Assembly: GCA_051745145.1 (NCBI GenBank)
Contig: JBNJDT010000030.1
Location: 1 to 17,518, forward strand
Direction of reading: 5' to 3'
Length of the DNA: 17,518 bases
DNA from: Elusimicrobiota bacterium
GTDB taxonomy: Bacteria; CG03; SLGR01; JAGXOG01
The first letter of the stretch is position 1, and every line of letters starts with the position of its first letter. Position numbers and translations under genes: made by a program. Below are positions 16,587-17,518 of this stretch, one piece after another. The notes beneath the pieces were generated by a model, which was given only the letters and a program-made list of their open reading frames with translations, was not told where the DNA came from and ran no database searches.

Positions 16587-17518
16587 ATGAAGTACAAATT
16601 CAATAAATTATTTAAAAATGCCGGGTCGTCGCCGGGAACTCTTCCCGAAACCGGAGTTGAGGCCTCCGGACCGGTAACAATAGAAATTATGGATTACACA
16701 GCTGATGAGATCACCGAAAAAGAGATAGATGATATTGAAAAAAGCATAGCTCCGGCTAAAAGTAATTCAGTCACCTGGATAAATGTCAATGGGCTGGATA
16801 CCGGTATTATTGAGAAAGCCGGAGAGCTGTTTAATTTACATCCCCTCCTCCAGGAGGATATTCTAAACACGGAGCAGCGTCCGAAAATAGAAGATTATGA
16901 AGAATATCTTTATGCCTCTCTTAAAATGTTTTATCTGGATGACGCTTCCGAAGAAGTTAAATTTGAACAGGTCAGTCTGGCGGTAGGCAATAAATATGTA
17001 CTTTCTTTTCAGGAGAGAAAAGGCGATGTATTTGAGCCGGTAAGAAACAGGATCCGAAATTCCAAGGGGAAAATAAGGAAAATGGGGACTGATTATCTGT
17101 TGTACGCTCTTTTAGACGCAGTGGTGGATAACTATTTTATCATACCTGAAAAATTCGGGGAAAGAATAGATAATATTGAAATGCAGTTGCTTGAAGAACC
17201 TTCCATAGAAACCCTTCAACTTATACATAAAATGAAAAGAGAACTGATAGTTTTAAGAAAAGCTGTCTGGCCTTTGAGAGAGGTAATAAATAATATAGAA
17301 AGGTCTGAGTCAAAAATTATAGAAAAAAGCACAGCACTTTATTTTAGAGATGTGTACAACCACACTATTCAGGTGGCCGATGCTATAGAAACTTTTAGGG
17401 ATATGCTTTCGGGAATGGTTGATCTTTATATGTCAAGTGTGAGCAATAAAACTAACGATATTATGAAAGTACTCACTATAATAGCTACCATATTTATTCC
17501 CCTTACCTTTATAGCGGG
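16587..17518 (+). CDS. corA: Magnesium/cobalt transporter CorA (3' end beyond window)
   Basis: Not in the ORF track because there is no stop in the window. Manual translation: MKYKFNKLFKNAGSSPGTL...TWINVNG...LHPLLQEDILNTEQRPKIE...FQERKGDVFEPVRNRIR...WPLREV...FRDVYNHTIQ...NKTNDIMKVLTIIATIFIPLTFIA, ending just before the expected GMN motif. Thermotoga-type CorA. Confidence 0.96.
   Translation, partial: MKYKFNKLFKNAGSSPGTLPETGVEASGPVTIEIMDYTADEITEKEIDDIEKSIAPAKSNSVTWINVNGLDTGIIEKAGELFNLHPLLQEDILNTEQRPKIEDYEEYLYASLKMFYLDDASEEVKFEQVSLAVGNKYVLSFQERKGDVFEPVRNRIRNSKGKIRKMGTDYLLYALLDAVVDNYFIIPEKFGERIDNIEMQLLEEPSIETLQLIHKMKRELIVLRKAVWPLREVINNIERSESKIIEKSTALYFRDVYNHTIQVADAIETFRDMLSGMVDLYMSSVSNKTNDIMKVLTIIATIFIPLTFIA

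Noticed and set aside
17346..17363. CorA RDVYNH instead of the usual RDVYDH
   Set aside because: The first Asp (equivalent to the main Mg-sensor ligand D253 of T. maritima CorA) and the EDILN Asp are retained, so there is no good evidence of altered gating.

Overview
AT-rich bacterial chromosomal window, probably from a diderm (it encodes an outer-membrane beta-barrel). From left to right it holds five blocks. (1) A sugar/compatible-solute locus: the N-terminus of a sucrose-phosphate-synthase-like GT4 enzyme (cut by the window edge), a GH65 disaccharide phosphorylase with an in-frame C-terminal CBS pair, and a divergent beta-phosphoglucomutase. (2) A cassette of uncharacterised exported proteins: two paralogous TPR proteins flanking a Gly/Ala-rich beta-hairpin protein, a small lipoprotein, and a convergent ankyrin lipoprotein. 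(3) The tmRNA gene ssrA (tag ADESLAMAA), followed directly by a dif/Xer-like 28-mer. (4) A tightly packed minus-strand three-gene operon: an usher-like beta-barrel, an Ig/NTF2/HmuY-like protein, and a 1159-aa helical protein with a C-terminal NTF2-like domain. This is the best candidate for an undescribed surface/export system. (5) A CorA Mg2+ transporter, cut by the window edge. I saw no integrase, transposase or CRISPR array. All family assignments come from motif recognition by eye, not from database searches.
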